From positions 482,500-546,499 of the forward strand of contig JAWKQQ010000005.1 in NCBI GenBank assembly GCA_041390065.1: a stretch of 64,000 nt of DNA. Reading direction: 5' to 3'. Both the position numbers and the translations under genes were made by a program. This DNA comes from Candidatus Krumholzibacteriia bacterium (GTDB lineage: Bacteria > Krumholzibacteriota > Krumholzibacteriia > LZORAL124-64-63). The notes beneath the pieces were generated by a model. The model was not told the DNA's origin. It worked only from the letters and a program-made list of their open reading frames with translations, and did not search any database. Shown piece by piece: positions 9,031 to 17,687 of this stretch (position 1 is the stretch's first letter; every line of letters starts with the position of its first letter).

Positions 9031-10584
9031 CTACCCCACCGCCCTCACGCAGTCGATCACCGTCCCGTCGACCCACTTGATCGCCGCGACGACCTTCTCC
9101 CCCAGCGCCGGCTTCTCCGGCGCGCCGCCGCAGATCCCCTCCACCTCCTCCTTCAGCTCGCCGATGGTCACGATGGGCAGCGACGAGCCCTGCACCTTCT
9201 GCAGCAGGTCGGTGCGCAGCGGGTTGATGGCGATGCCGCGCTCGGTGACGATGACGTCGATCAGCTCGCCCGGTCCGCAGAGCGTGGTCACCTCGTCCAC
9301 CACCACCGGGATGCGGTCGCGGAAGGCCGGGATAGGCAGGATGGTGCACTTCGCGAACAGGCAGTTCTGCCAGCCGCCGATGCCGTGCAGCAGGCGGCCG
9401 TCCGAGTGCGTGACCACGTTGGCGTTGAAGTTGACGTCCACCTCGGTGGCGCCGAGCACCGTGACGTCGACCAGGCTGGCGAAGTTGCCCTTGCCGTGCC
9501 AGTTGTAGCTCGTGAACGGCGACGTGTTCACGTGGCCCGGGTTCTCGCGCATGGAGCGCACGCCCTCGAGGTCGAACGTCTGGCCGTCGAGGATGTAGTC
9601 GACCAGGCCCTCCTCCAGCATGTCGGTGAGGTACTGGTTGCTGCCGCCGCGGGCGAAGCGGGCCTTGATCTTGCGCTCGCGCATCATGTCGCGCAGGTAG
9701 ATGGCGAAGCTCAGGGCGGTGCCGCCGGCGCCCGCCTGGAAGCTGAAGCCGTCGCGCACGATGCCCACCTCGTCGCAGAAGCGGGCGGTGAGCTCGGCGA
9801 TGAGCAGGCGGTCGGGCGACCGGGTGATCTCGGTGGTGCCGGAGACGATCTTCGACGCGTCGCCGATCGAGTCCATGACCACCACCTGGTCGACGTTGTT
9901 GCCCTGGATCTGCCACGGCAGGCAGGGGAACGGCACGAGGTTGTCGGTGACGGCGATGACGTGGTCGGCGTACATGCTGTCGGCCAGGGCGAAGCCCAGA
10001 AGGCCGCAGGCGGTGGGGCCGCGGTCGCCGGTGCAGTTGCCGAAGGGGTCGGCGGTGGGGGCGGCGATCACGGCGATGTCGATGTGCACCTCGCCGTCCT
10101 GGATGGCCTGCCAGCGGCCGCCGTGCGAGCGCAGCACGGCCATGCCGCGCATCTTGCCCGTCGAGCAGTAGTCGCCCAGGGGCCCGTTCATCGAGCCCTC
10201 GATGTGGTGGATGACGCCCTGCTCCATGAGCGCGATCTGCGGCGCGTGGACCGGAAAGCTGGCCGACGGGAACCAGCGCAGGTCCTTGACGCCCAGCTCG
10301 GCCGCGGCCGCGAACACCGCGTTGGCCACCAGGTCGCCGTTGCGCAGGTGGTGGTGGGTGCTGATGGTCATGCCGTCGCGCAGGCCGGCCTTCGCGAGGG
10401 CGGTCTTGATGTCGGCCGTCACCTTGTTGCCGTCCATAGGGTAGTCCTGGCAGGCGCGGATGGGCGGCGCGGCCTTGCGGCCCTCGGGACGGAACTTGCC
10501 GACGCCCAGGTAGGGCGTGGCCTTCTCGCCGTTGATCTGGGTGGGGACCAGGCGGCCCGCGGCGTTCTTGACCAGCGTCGTCAT
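9031..10584 (-). CDS. citF: citrate lyase alpha subunit (citrate CoA-transferase)
   Basis: Full-length CitF-like sequence (GMTISTHHHLRNGD, GSMNGPLG, FSFQAGAGG, HGIGGWQN). The ATG overlaps the upstream stop as ATGA at 10584. Confidence 0.9.
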   Translation of the reverse strand: MTTLVKNAAGRLVPTQINGEKATPYLGVGKFRPEGRKAAPPIRACQDYPMDGNKVTADIKTALAKAGLRDGMTISTHHHLRNGDLVANAVFAAAAELGVKDLRWFPSASFPVHAPQIALMEQGVIHHIEGSMNGPLGDYCSTGKMRGMAVLRSHGGRWQAIQDGEVHIDIAVIAAPTADPFGNCTGDRGPTACGLLGFALADSMYADHVIAVTDNLVPFPCLPWQIQGNNVDQVVVMDSIGDASKIVSGTTEITRSPDRLLIAELTARFCDEVGIVRDGFSFQAGAGGTALSFAIYLRDMMRERKIKARFARGGSNQYLTDMLEEGLVDYILDGQTFDLEGVRSMRENPGHVNTSPFTSYNWHGKGNFASLVDVTVLGATEVDVNFNANVVTHSDGRLLHGIGGWQNCLFAKCTILPIPAFRDRIPVVVDEVTTLCGPGELIDVIVTERGIAINPLRTDLLQKVQGSSLPIVTIGELKEEVEGICGGAPEKPALGEKVVAAIKWVDGTVIDCVRAVG

Positions 10585-11792
10585 CACTCGGCCTCCTTGT
10601 CGCGCCAATCGGCGGGCAGCTTGCCCACCAGCACGGCGGTGTCCACCGTGGTGAGGGCCCGTTTGACCACCGGCGCGTCGATCATCTTGCTGCCCAGGGC
10701 CACCACGCCGAGCCCCTTGGCCTGGGCCTCGTCGAACGCCCTGACGATGCGCACGGCCTTCTCGATCTCCGCCGCCGTGGGCGCGAGCGCCTCGTGCACC
10801 ACCGGGATCTGCCGCGGGTGGATGCAACCCTTGCCCACGAAGCCCAGGCTCCTGGCCTCCTCCACGGACTCCCGCAGACCGTCCATGTCGGTGACGTCGC
10901 TGAACACGGTGTCGATGGGCTGGACGCCGGCGGCGCGGGCGCCGTTGAGCACCTGGGCGCGGGCCCAGAAGCTCTCGGTGCCCTCGAGGGTGCGCTGGGT
11001 GCCGATGTCGGCCGTGTAGTCCTCCAGGCCGATGGCCAGGGCCACCACCGAGGGGTGGGCCGACGCGATCTCGTAGGCCTTCCAGGCGCCCAGGGCCGAT
11101 TCGATGATGGGCATGAGGAAGACCTCGCGGCCGGGCACCAGCTGCTCGAGGCACTCGGCCACCTCGACCACCTGCTCGGGGTCCTCCACCTTGGGGATCA
11201 GGACCACGTGCACGTTGTGCTCGGCCACCCAGGCGAGATCGCCCAGGCCCATCTCGCCCTGATTGATCCGCACCATGCGCTCGGCGCCCTGGAAATCGAC
11301 GGCGCGCAGCGCGTTGCGCACCAGGACGCAGGCGGCGTCCTTCTCGGCCGGAGCCACGGCGTCCTCGAGGTCGAGGATCACGCCGTCGGGCTCGTGCAGG
11401 CCGGCGTTGATGAACAGCTTGGGCTGGGTGCCGGGCAGGTAGAGGCGGGAGCGGCGGAGCCGATCGCGCCGGCTCACGTACTCGCACCGCGGCGACATCG
11501 GCAGCAGGAACTCGTCGGAGCAGTCGGGCAAGGCGCGCTTGACCGCCGCCTCGAGCCGGGCCGCGAGCACGAACGGCAGCGCCCCCTGATCCTCCACCTC
11601 GAGCCGCGCGTGGGCCACGCCGAGCGCGGCGCAACCGTCCCGCAGCAACGTCTCGATGCGCTCGCCGTACAGGCCGGCCACCTTGCTGCGCAGGTCGATC
11701 TGGATGCCACCCTGCTCGCCCACCTCCACCGCGATCCAGCAGTCGCTGCGGACCTGGGGACCGCGGTCGCCAGCCTCGCCTCTGAGCGTCAT
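10584..11792 (-). CDS. citE: citrate lyase acyl carrier protein (CitD) fused to beta subunit (CitE, citryl-CoA lyase)
   Basis: The N-terminal ~95 aa match CitD (VRSDCWIAVEV, EDQGALPFVLAARLEAAVKRA). The rest matches CitE (RRSRLYLPG, VILDLEDAV, GFVGKGCIHPRQI). It is a single ORF starting at ATG 11792. Confidence 0.85.
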   Translation of the reverse strand: MTLRGEAGDRGPQVRSDCWIAVEVGEQGGIQIDLRSKVAGLYGERIETLLRDGCAALGVAHARLEVEDQGALPFVLAARLEAAVKRALPDCSDEFLLPMSPRCEYVSRRDRLRRSRLYLPGTQPKLFINAGLHEPDGVILDLEDAVAPAEKDAACVLVRNALRAVDFQGAERMVRINQGEMGLGDLAWVAEHNVHVVLIPKVEDPEQVVEVAECLEQLVPGREVFLMPIIESALGAWKAYEIASAHPSVVALAIGLEDYTADIGTQRTLEGTESFWARAQVLNGARAAGVQPIDTVFSDVTDMDGLRESVEEARSLGFVGKGCIHPRQIPVVHEALAPTAAEIEKAVRIVRAFDEAQAKGLGVVALGSKMIDAPVVKRALTTVDTAVLVGKLPADWRDKEAE

Positions 11793-11982
11793 CACGCACC
11801 TCGTCCGACGGGGTTCTGCGGCGCGCCGGGATCCGGGGTCCGGCGCCGATATCGTGGCCTGAATAGTGGTTTGCGAAGCCGGAGAGGGCAAGCGCCGACG
11901 GTCATGATGGCCGCACCGTCACCGGAGTTGTCACCTGTCTCCCGGTCGGGACGCAAGGCCGGCGAACGGGCAGCCGCCAGGT

Positions 11983-11991
11983 TATCCACAA
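11983..11991 (+). promoter_or_regulatory. perfect DnaA box TTATCCACA
   Basis: Exact 9-mer in the lower-GC intergenic region between citDE and pepD. Confidence 0.5.
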
Positions 11992-12137
11992 GCATCCCCA
12001 CCGCCCCCTGATAACCCGGCAGAATGTGCAAGTTCGAAAAATTATGGTTTTGTCAGGCAGCCATCAACTCCATCTGCCGCAACACATTACGGATTCTCCC
12101 CGGCGTCGGCGCCCGGCCGGGGAAAACTCCCGAATCC

Positions 12138-12146
12138 TGTGGATAA
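12138..12146 (-). promoter_or_regulatory. perfect DnaA box (TGTGGATAA on the + strand)
   Basis: Exact reverse complement of TTATCCACA, 147 nt from the first box. The AT-rich stretch gttcgaaaaattatggttttgtc lies between them. Confidence 0.5.
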
Positions 12147-12219
12147 CTTGGGGGTAAGCCGGCCGCCGCCTGGGACAACTCGTCAAGATCTCGTGAAGCT
12201 GTTGTAAACACTGGGGATC

Positions 12220-12255
12220 AAAAAACGAGGCGGCCCGGTGGTCCGGACCGCCTCG
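12220..12255 (-). terminator. Rho-independent terminator of pepD
   Basis: Minus strand reads CGAGGCGGTCCGG-acca-CCGGGCCGCCTCG followed by TTTTTT, 17 nt after the pepD stop. Confidence 0.75.
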
Positions 12256-12272
12256 CACCCCCCGGGCGCGCT

Positions 12273-13727
12273 CTACTTCGCCAGCTTTTCGACGACGGCG
12301 GTGAAGAGCGTCCAGATCATCTGGACCGAGCTGATCTGCACCTTCTCGTCCGGCGAGTGGGCGCCCTTGATGTTGGGGCCGAAGCTCACGATGTCCAGCT
12401 CGGGGTAGTTCTCGAGGAACAGCCCGCACTCCAGGCCCGCGTGGATGGCCTTGAGTTCGGGGGTCCGTTCGAACAGGCGCTGGTACTCGGCCACCGTGAC
12501 GGCCAGGAGCGGCGACCTCGGGTTCGGCTGCCACGCCGGATAGCCTGCGGGCTGGACGACGTCGGCGCCGGCCAGCAACGCGATGGCGCGATGCTGATCG
12601 ACCAGGTGGGCGAGCTGGCTCATGACCGAGCTGCGGCTGCAGCAGGTCAGGCGCACCGCGTTGCCGTCGGTCTTGACGACGCCCAGGTTGCTGCTGGTCT
12701 CCACCAGTTCCGGCAGGGCGCGGCTCATGCCGAGCACCCCGTTGGGGATGGCGATCAGCAGATCGAGCAGGCGCGCGGTGTCGGCCGCGGTCCAGGCCTT
12801 CTCCACCTTCACGGGGCTCACGCGCCACTCGAGGCCGGGGTCGCTGTCCTGCAGCTCGCTGGCCAGGGCGGCCTCGAGGCACGCGTCCACCAGCTGCTTG
12901 AAGCGGCGTGCGTCGGCATCCTTGATCAGGACCCGGGCCTCGGCCTCGCGCGGGATGGCGTTGCGGAGCATGCCGCCGCCGATCGCGGCCACCCGCACGT
13001 CCAGCTCCGCGGCGGCCATCTTCAGGGCTCGGGCCAGCAGCTTGTTGGCGTTGCCGCGGCCGGTGTGGATGTCCAGGCCGCTGTGGCCGCCCTTGAGACC
13101 CTTGAGCGCGACCTTGCGGCCCACCCAGCCCTGCGGCGCCTTGCCGGCGCGCAGCTTCAACGTGATGACGCTGTCGCGGCCGCCGGCGCAGCCCATGAAG
13201 ATCGCACCGTCTTCCTCGCTGTCGAGGTTGATCATCGTGCGGGCCGAGAACCAGCCGGCCTGGACGCCGGCCGCGCCGGTCAGGCCGCGCTCCTCGTCCA
13301 CGGTGAGCAGCACCTCGATCGGTCCGTGCTTCAGACCCTTCTCCTCGGCCAGGGCCAGGCCCATGGCCACGCCGATGCCGTTGTCGGCGCCCAGGGTGGT
13401 GCCGTCGGCGGTGAGCCAGTCGCCCTGGATCTGGAGCTTGATGGGGTCCTTCTGGAAGTCGTGCTTCGTGGCGGCGTTCTTCTCGCAGACCATGTCCACG
13501 TGGCCCTGGATGAGCACGGGCCTGGCCTTCTCGAGGCCGCTGGTCGCGGGGATGCAGATGAGCAGGTTGCCCACCTTGTCTTCCTTGCACGCGAGGCCGC
13601 GCTCGGCCGCCCACGCCTTGAACATGGACTGCACGGCGGCCTCGTTGCCGCTCCCGCGCGGGACGGCGGACATGCGGGCGAAGATCTCCCAGACGGCGCG
13701 GGGCTGCAGCGTGTCGTAGCTCGGCAT
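12273..13727 (-). CDS. pepD: aminoacyl-histidine (Xaa-His) dipeptidase, M20C
   Basis: PepD hallmarks: LQPRAVWEIF, VPRGSGNE, LIQGHVDMV, TTLGADNGIG, LLTVDEERGLTGA, INLDSEE. ATG 13727 is preceded by GAGGAGAGG. Confidence 0.9.
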   Translation of the reverse strand: MPSYDTLQPRAVWEIFARMSAVPRGSGNEAAVQSMFKAWAAERGLACKEDKVGNLLICIPATSGLEKARPVLIQGHVDMVCEKNAATKHDFQKDPIKLQIQGDWLTADGTTLGADNGIGVAMGLALAEEKGLKHGPIEVLLTVDEERGLTGAAGVQAGWFSARTMINLDSEEDGAIFMGCAGGRDSVITLKLRAGKAPQGWVGRKVALKGLKGGHSGLDIHTGRGNANKLLARALKMAAAELDVRVAAIGGGMLRNAIPREAEARVLIKDADARRFKQLVDACLEAALASELQDSDPGLEWRVSPVKVEKAWTAADTARLLDLLIAIPNGVLGMSRALPELVETSSNLGVVKTDGNAVRLTCCSRSSVMSQLAHLVDQHRAIALLAGADVVQPAGYPAWQPNPRSPLLAVTVAEYQRLFERTPELKAIHAGLECGLFLENYPELDIVSFGPNIKGAHSPDEKVQISSVQMIWTLFTAVVEKLAK

Positions 13728-13816
13728 GGACCTCTCCTCTTCGTGAGACGGTGGGCGGATCGGGCGTGCGCAGTCCACGTATAGACCGCCCACGATCGCG
13801 AGTCAATGCCGCCGGG

Positions 13817-15793
13817 CTAGGGCGCCACGGCGGCCTGCATGGGGCCGGGGTCGGGGGTCCAGTTGCCGCGCTCGGGGCGACCGCCGTCGGCCGGCAGGAC
13901 GAGCCAGCTGTACTTGCCGTAATGGGGCAACCGGCGTCCGAGGCCCGGCAGGCGGTCGGGATCCGACACCGATACGACCAGGTCGGTGCCGCCGCCCGGC
14001 GCCCTGGCGGCGAACACCAGGTCGTGGTCGCCGACGTCGTACGTGCGGCCGGCCAGCACGAAGCTCGGGCCCGCGAAGCTCAGTTCGGCCGGTGTGTAGG
14101 CGGCGAGCACGTCGGGGGCCGGATTGATGACGATGTTGACGGCGCCCCGCCGCGGCCGGCCGTCGGCGGTGAACTCGGGCTCGTCGCACTCGCAGAACGC
14201 GCGCGCGAAGTCCCGGGCGAGCGCGTCGAGCTCCAGATCGTCCACCGGCTCGGTGAAGACCCAGTGGTCGGCGGCGAGCACCGTGCTGAGGGTGGGCTCG
14301 ATCTCGCCGGGGTGCAGGTGACGGAAGACGTCGTAATCGGGGTCGACGTCGACCGACCGCGCGGCCCGCGCGTTGACGTGGAAGGTCTGGGCCGGCTGAT
14401 CGAAGCGCACCACCTCGCGCACCGGTCCGTTGTGCGTGTCGATCACGACGGGCACGGTGAGCTGGTAGGGATCGCCCTCCTGATGGAGCGTGAAGGTGAC
14501 GCTGCTGCGGGTGGCCGACACCTCGCCGAGGCTGATGGTGGGCGCGCCCGCGAGGTCGATCCACTGGGCCTGGAAGCCGGCCAGATCGCGGCCCGACTCG
14601 GCCTCGAGGGCGGCGAAGAAGTCGCCCCAGGCGGCCGGCCGCCCACGAAAATCGCGGTAGACGCGCTGCAGCGAGGCGAGCACGGCGTCGCGGCCCAGCT
14701 CGACTTCCAACATGTGCCAGACGGCCATGCTCTTGCCGTAGCCCACGGCGCGCGTGGCGCCGCTGTGGCGGGCCTTGAACTCGCGCAGCGGGAAATCGCG
14801 CTCGGGGTGGCCGCCCACGTAGGCGGCGTAGTCCTTGAGCTGGTTGCGTCGGTACTCGCGCGCCGCGTCCGGGCCCTCCTCGCGTTTGTACTCGTAGTCG
14901 GCGCAGAAGACCGTCAGGCCCTCGCACCAGTTGCCGCCCTCGGCGTCCACGAACACCGAGTTGCCCCACCAGTTGTGGGCGATCTCGTGACCGAAGCTGG
15001 TGTAAGGGATGAAGGGCAGGCGGATGACCTCGGAACCGAGCAGCGTCCAGCCGGGCATGCCGTAGCCCGTGGGGAACCAGTTCTCGACCGTCGTGAAGTC
15101 GGTGTAGGGGTAGGGCCCGATCATGCCGCTGTAGAGGTCGAGGTAGTGGGCGGTGCGCTCGAGGTAGGTCTCGCTGAGCCGCTCGTCGGCCGCGAGCAGG
15201 CAGGTGCGCATGACGACGCCGGCGTGCTCGCGCTCGGTCACCGCGTACGTGTTGGCCACGAATGAGAGCCCGTCCACCGGCGCGGTGATCTCGTAGGTGA
15301 AGCGGTGGCGGTCGCCGGCCGCCTCCTGCGACACCAGGTGGCCGCTCATCACCGGATACCAGCCGGCGGGCAGGTCGATGGTGAAGCGGCCGGCGTGCAG
15401 GGCGCCGTCGACGGTCGGCAGCCAGGCGGTGTCGCCGGCGAGGTAGATGCCCTCCGGGCCGACGGTGGCGGTGATCTCGCCGCCCACGTTCTCGCGGGAG
15501 AACTTCACCTGGTCGGTGGGCTGGTGGGCGGTGAAGCCGTAGCGCAGCGGCGCGGCGATCTCCACCGGGTGGGTCTCGCCCGCCAGCTCGCTCGTCAGCG
15601 ACTTGTCCAGGCAGGCGCGGTCCAGGACGACCGGGCCGTCGGCGCCCTGCACGTCGACCGCGTCGACGACGGTGACGCGGTGCGCGTCGACATCGAAGGT
15701 CAAGGCGGCCTGGTGCGTGATCACGGGGGGCGGAGCGGCCAGGGCGACCGCGGCCGCGGCGAGCATCGGCACGAGCAGGAAGGGACGGGTCAT
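13817..15793 (-). CDS. M1-family zinc aminopeptidase, secreted
   Basis: HEIAHNWWG (HExxH) plus the downstream NWCEGLTVF glutamate. Signal peptide MTRPFLLVPMLAAAAVALA starts at ATG 15793. Confidence 0.85.
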   Translation of the reverse strand: MTRPFLLVPMLAAAAVALAAPPPVITHQAALTFDVDAHRVTVVDAVDVQGADGPVVLDRACLDKSLTSELAGETHPVEIAAPLRYGFTAHQPTDQVKFSRENVGGEITATVGPEGIYLAGDTAWLPTVDGALHAGRFTIDLPAGWYPVMSGHLVSQEAAGDRHRFTYEITAPVDGLSFVANTYAVTEREHAGVVMRTCLLAADERLSETYLERTAHYLDLYSGMIGPYPYTDFTTVENWFPTGYGMPGWTLLGSEVIRLPFIPYTSFGHEIAHNWWGNSVFVDAEGGNWCEGLTVFCADYEYKREEGPDAAREYRRNQLKDYAAYVGGHPERDFPLREFKARHSGATRAVGYGKSMAVWHMLEVELGRDAVLASLQRVYRDFRGRPAAWGDFFAALEAESGRDLAGFQAQWIDLAGAPTISLGEVSATRSSVTFTLHQEGDPYQLTVPVVIDTHNGPVREVVRFDQPAQTFHVNARAARSVDVDPDYDVFRHLHPGEIEPTLSTVLAADHWVFTEPVDDLELDALARDFARAFCECDEPEFTADGRPRRGAVNIVINPAPDVLAAYTPAELSFAGPSFVLAGRTYDVGDHDLVFAARAPGGGTDLVVSVSDPDRLPGLGRRLPHYGKYSWLVLPADGGRPERGNWTPDPGPMQAAVAP

Positions 15794-15867
15794 GGTGCGT
15801 CGCTCCGGGGTTGGAGGTGTGCCCCCACGATACGCCCACTGGGCCGACATGCAATCGTCAACAGCGA

Positions 15868-15892
15868 GGGCGCGCCCTCGTCGGGCGCGCCC
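15868..15892 (-). terminator. strong GC hairpin downstream of the RskA-like gene
   Basis: GGGCGCGCCC-tcgtc-GGGCGCGCCC, a 10-bp self-complementary stem. No U tract. Confidence 0.4.
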
Positions 15893-15917
15893 CTCTCTCC
15901 GAGCCGGTTGTCCCTGC

Positions 15918-16863
15918 CTACTCGAAGATCGCCTTGATGCCGCTCCAGCTCGCGGCCTCGGTGGCCACCGAGGTCATGAGGGTGGCGTGGCCGCTGGGGA
16001 AGGTGTCGTTGGTCTGGTTGCCCACGCAGCCGCCGGTGGCGCCCTGGGCGATCATGCCGGCCAGCGGCTTGAGCTGGAAGGGCATGGGGCTGTTGTCGGG
16101 CACGGGCTCGATGCTGATCACCGCCGCGAAATCGCCCGACGCCAGGTCCAGGACCGGACCGCCCTGGTACGCCACGAAGTCCTGGCCCGGAAAGGCGGGG
16201 CCGCCGCCCATGGGACCGGCCATGTCGCTGTCGAAACCGTCGGCCATGGCGAAGGTGCCGGTGGAGTACGGCACGGGCGAGCCGCTGGACAGGTCGACCA
16301 CCCAGCCCTCGTAGGTCCAGCCGGCGCCCAGGGCGGGCAGGTCGGTGAGGCCGGCCACGGGGCCGGGCATCTGCAGCCACCAGATCCCCTGGTTGTCGTT
16401 CATGTCGTTCATGCCGTTGTCGCTGGGGGTGGCCAGGATGTAGCAGCCGCCGACCGCGGCGACGGCCTCCAGGCCCGTGGCCAGGTCGGCGTTGTCGCCG
16501 TCCACCGCGCCGCCCAGGATGATGAGACCCGAGGGGGAGGGGTCGCCGTCATCGGCCGGCTCGATGGAGATCTTGATGTCCGTGGCGCCGGAGATGTCCT
16601 CGGCGGGGCTGAACATGTCGATCACCTGGCCCGTGACCGGATCGATGGTCTTGGCCGGACGCGTCGACGTTGAAGATGCCGGTGCTGACGGGCGCGCCGC
16701 CCACGATGGCCCAGCCCTCGTACACCTCCACCGCGGCGTCGAGCGGCGCGAGGTTCGTGAATTCCAGCACGAGATCGGGGCCCTGGGCGAACGCGGGCAG
16801 GGCCAGCGCGACGAGCGCGGCGGCGACGAGGGTCGTCTTCACCTTGCTGTTTCCAGTGTTCAT
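15918..16863 (-). pseudogene. secreted protein with two RskA-like (anti-sigma-K C-terminal-like) domains, frameshifted
   Basis: ATG 16863 follows GGGAGAG, with signal peptide KTTLVAAALVALALPAFA. The reading frame changes near 16654-16657 (GIFNVDASG then KTIDPVTGQVIDMF). Repeated motifs: YEGWAIV..PVSTGIF / YEGWVVD..PYSTGTF and ISIEPADDGDPSPSG / ISIEPVPDNSPMP. Ends ATEAASWSGIKAIFE. Confidence 0.7.
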
Positions 16864-17075
16864 GGTACTCTCCCAACATGGACTCGGGGGTGGCGTCCCG
16901 GTCGCGGTCACGATCGCGGTCCGGAACCTGGAAGTGGGCCAGTCGCCCTGATCGCCTCCGAGTACGAACCCTCGCCCCGATGCGTGACGGGTTGTGTCGT
17001 CTTTTTTTCGCGGTCACGCCCGCGACGCGATATCCGTATCCACTTCAACGAGGCCGACAGGAGCCCCCCTCGCCC

Positions 17076-17687
17076 ATGACGCCACCGGATGCCAGCAAAC
17101 GTACCGCCGCGGCTCCCCTCGATCGGGAGGCCCTTGCGCGCGTGCGTCGGCGGGAACCGGCCGCCATGGAGCGGTTCTTCGACCTCTATTACGACCGGCT
17201 CTTCGGCCACGTGGTGCGCCTGGTGGGAAACGTCCACCTGGCCGAGGATCTGACGCACGACGTGTTCCTGCGGCTGAACCGGGTGATCGACCGCCTCGAC
17301 CCCGACCGCGACCCCACGGCGGGGGTGTTCACGATCGCGACCAACGTCGTGCGTGACCACTGGCGCAGCCGCGGCCACAAGGACGCCGCCCGCGGCAGCG
17401 AGTTGACCGGCGCCCACCTCGAGGTGCTGGCCGACGAGGCCGAGGACGCCGAAGCGCAGCTGGTGCGTCGGCAGGAGCAGGCGCGGGTGCGGCAGGCCCT
17501 GGCCGAGCTCTCGGACGACGACCGCGAAGTCATCCTGCTACGAGATTTCGAGGGCCTGGACTCCGCCCTGGTCGGCGAGATCCTGGGCCTCAAGGCCGAC
17601 GCCGTGAGGCAGCGGCACAAGAGGGCGGTGGGCCGGCTCGGGCTGGCCTTCCGCAAGCATCTGGACCCAGACGGAGCCGCGCCATGA
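17076..17687 (+). CDS. ECF-type RNA polymerase sigma-70 factor
   Basis: Region 2 (FFDLYYDRLFGHVVRLVGN..AEDLTHDVFLRL) and region 4 (REVILLRDFEGLDSALVGEILGLKADAVRQRHKRA). CAGGAG lies 12 nt before the ATG. Confidence 0.9.
   Translation: MTPPDASKRTAAAPLDREALARVRRREPAAMERFFDLYYDRLFGHVVRLVGNVHLAEDLTHDVFLRLNRVIDRLDPDRDPTAGVFTIATNVVRDHWRSRGHKDAARGSELTGAHLEVLADEAEDAEAQLVRRQEQARVRQALAELSDDDREVILLRDFEGLDSALVGEILGLKADAVRQRHKRAVGRLGLAFRKHLDPDGAAP

Noticed and set aside
11983-12146. Calling the DnaA-box pair a chromosomal origin (oriC).
   Set aside because: There are only two boxes. dnaA and dnaN are not nearby. Flanking genes on both sides are on the minus strand, so there is no strand switch. Kept as a DnaA-box cluster of unknown role, not annotated as oriC.
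16650-16660. Programmed ribosomal frameshifting as the explanation for the frame breaks in the RskA-like gene and in the SGNH-like gene (18775-18890).
   Set aside because: There is no slippery heptamer (X XXY YYZ) or stimulatory structure at the break points. A simple 1-nt indel restores the frame, so a mutation or sequencing error is more likely.
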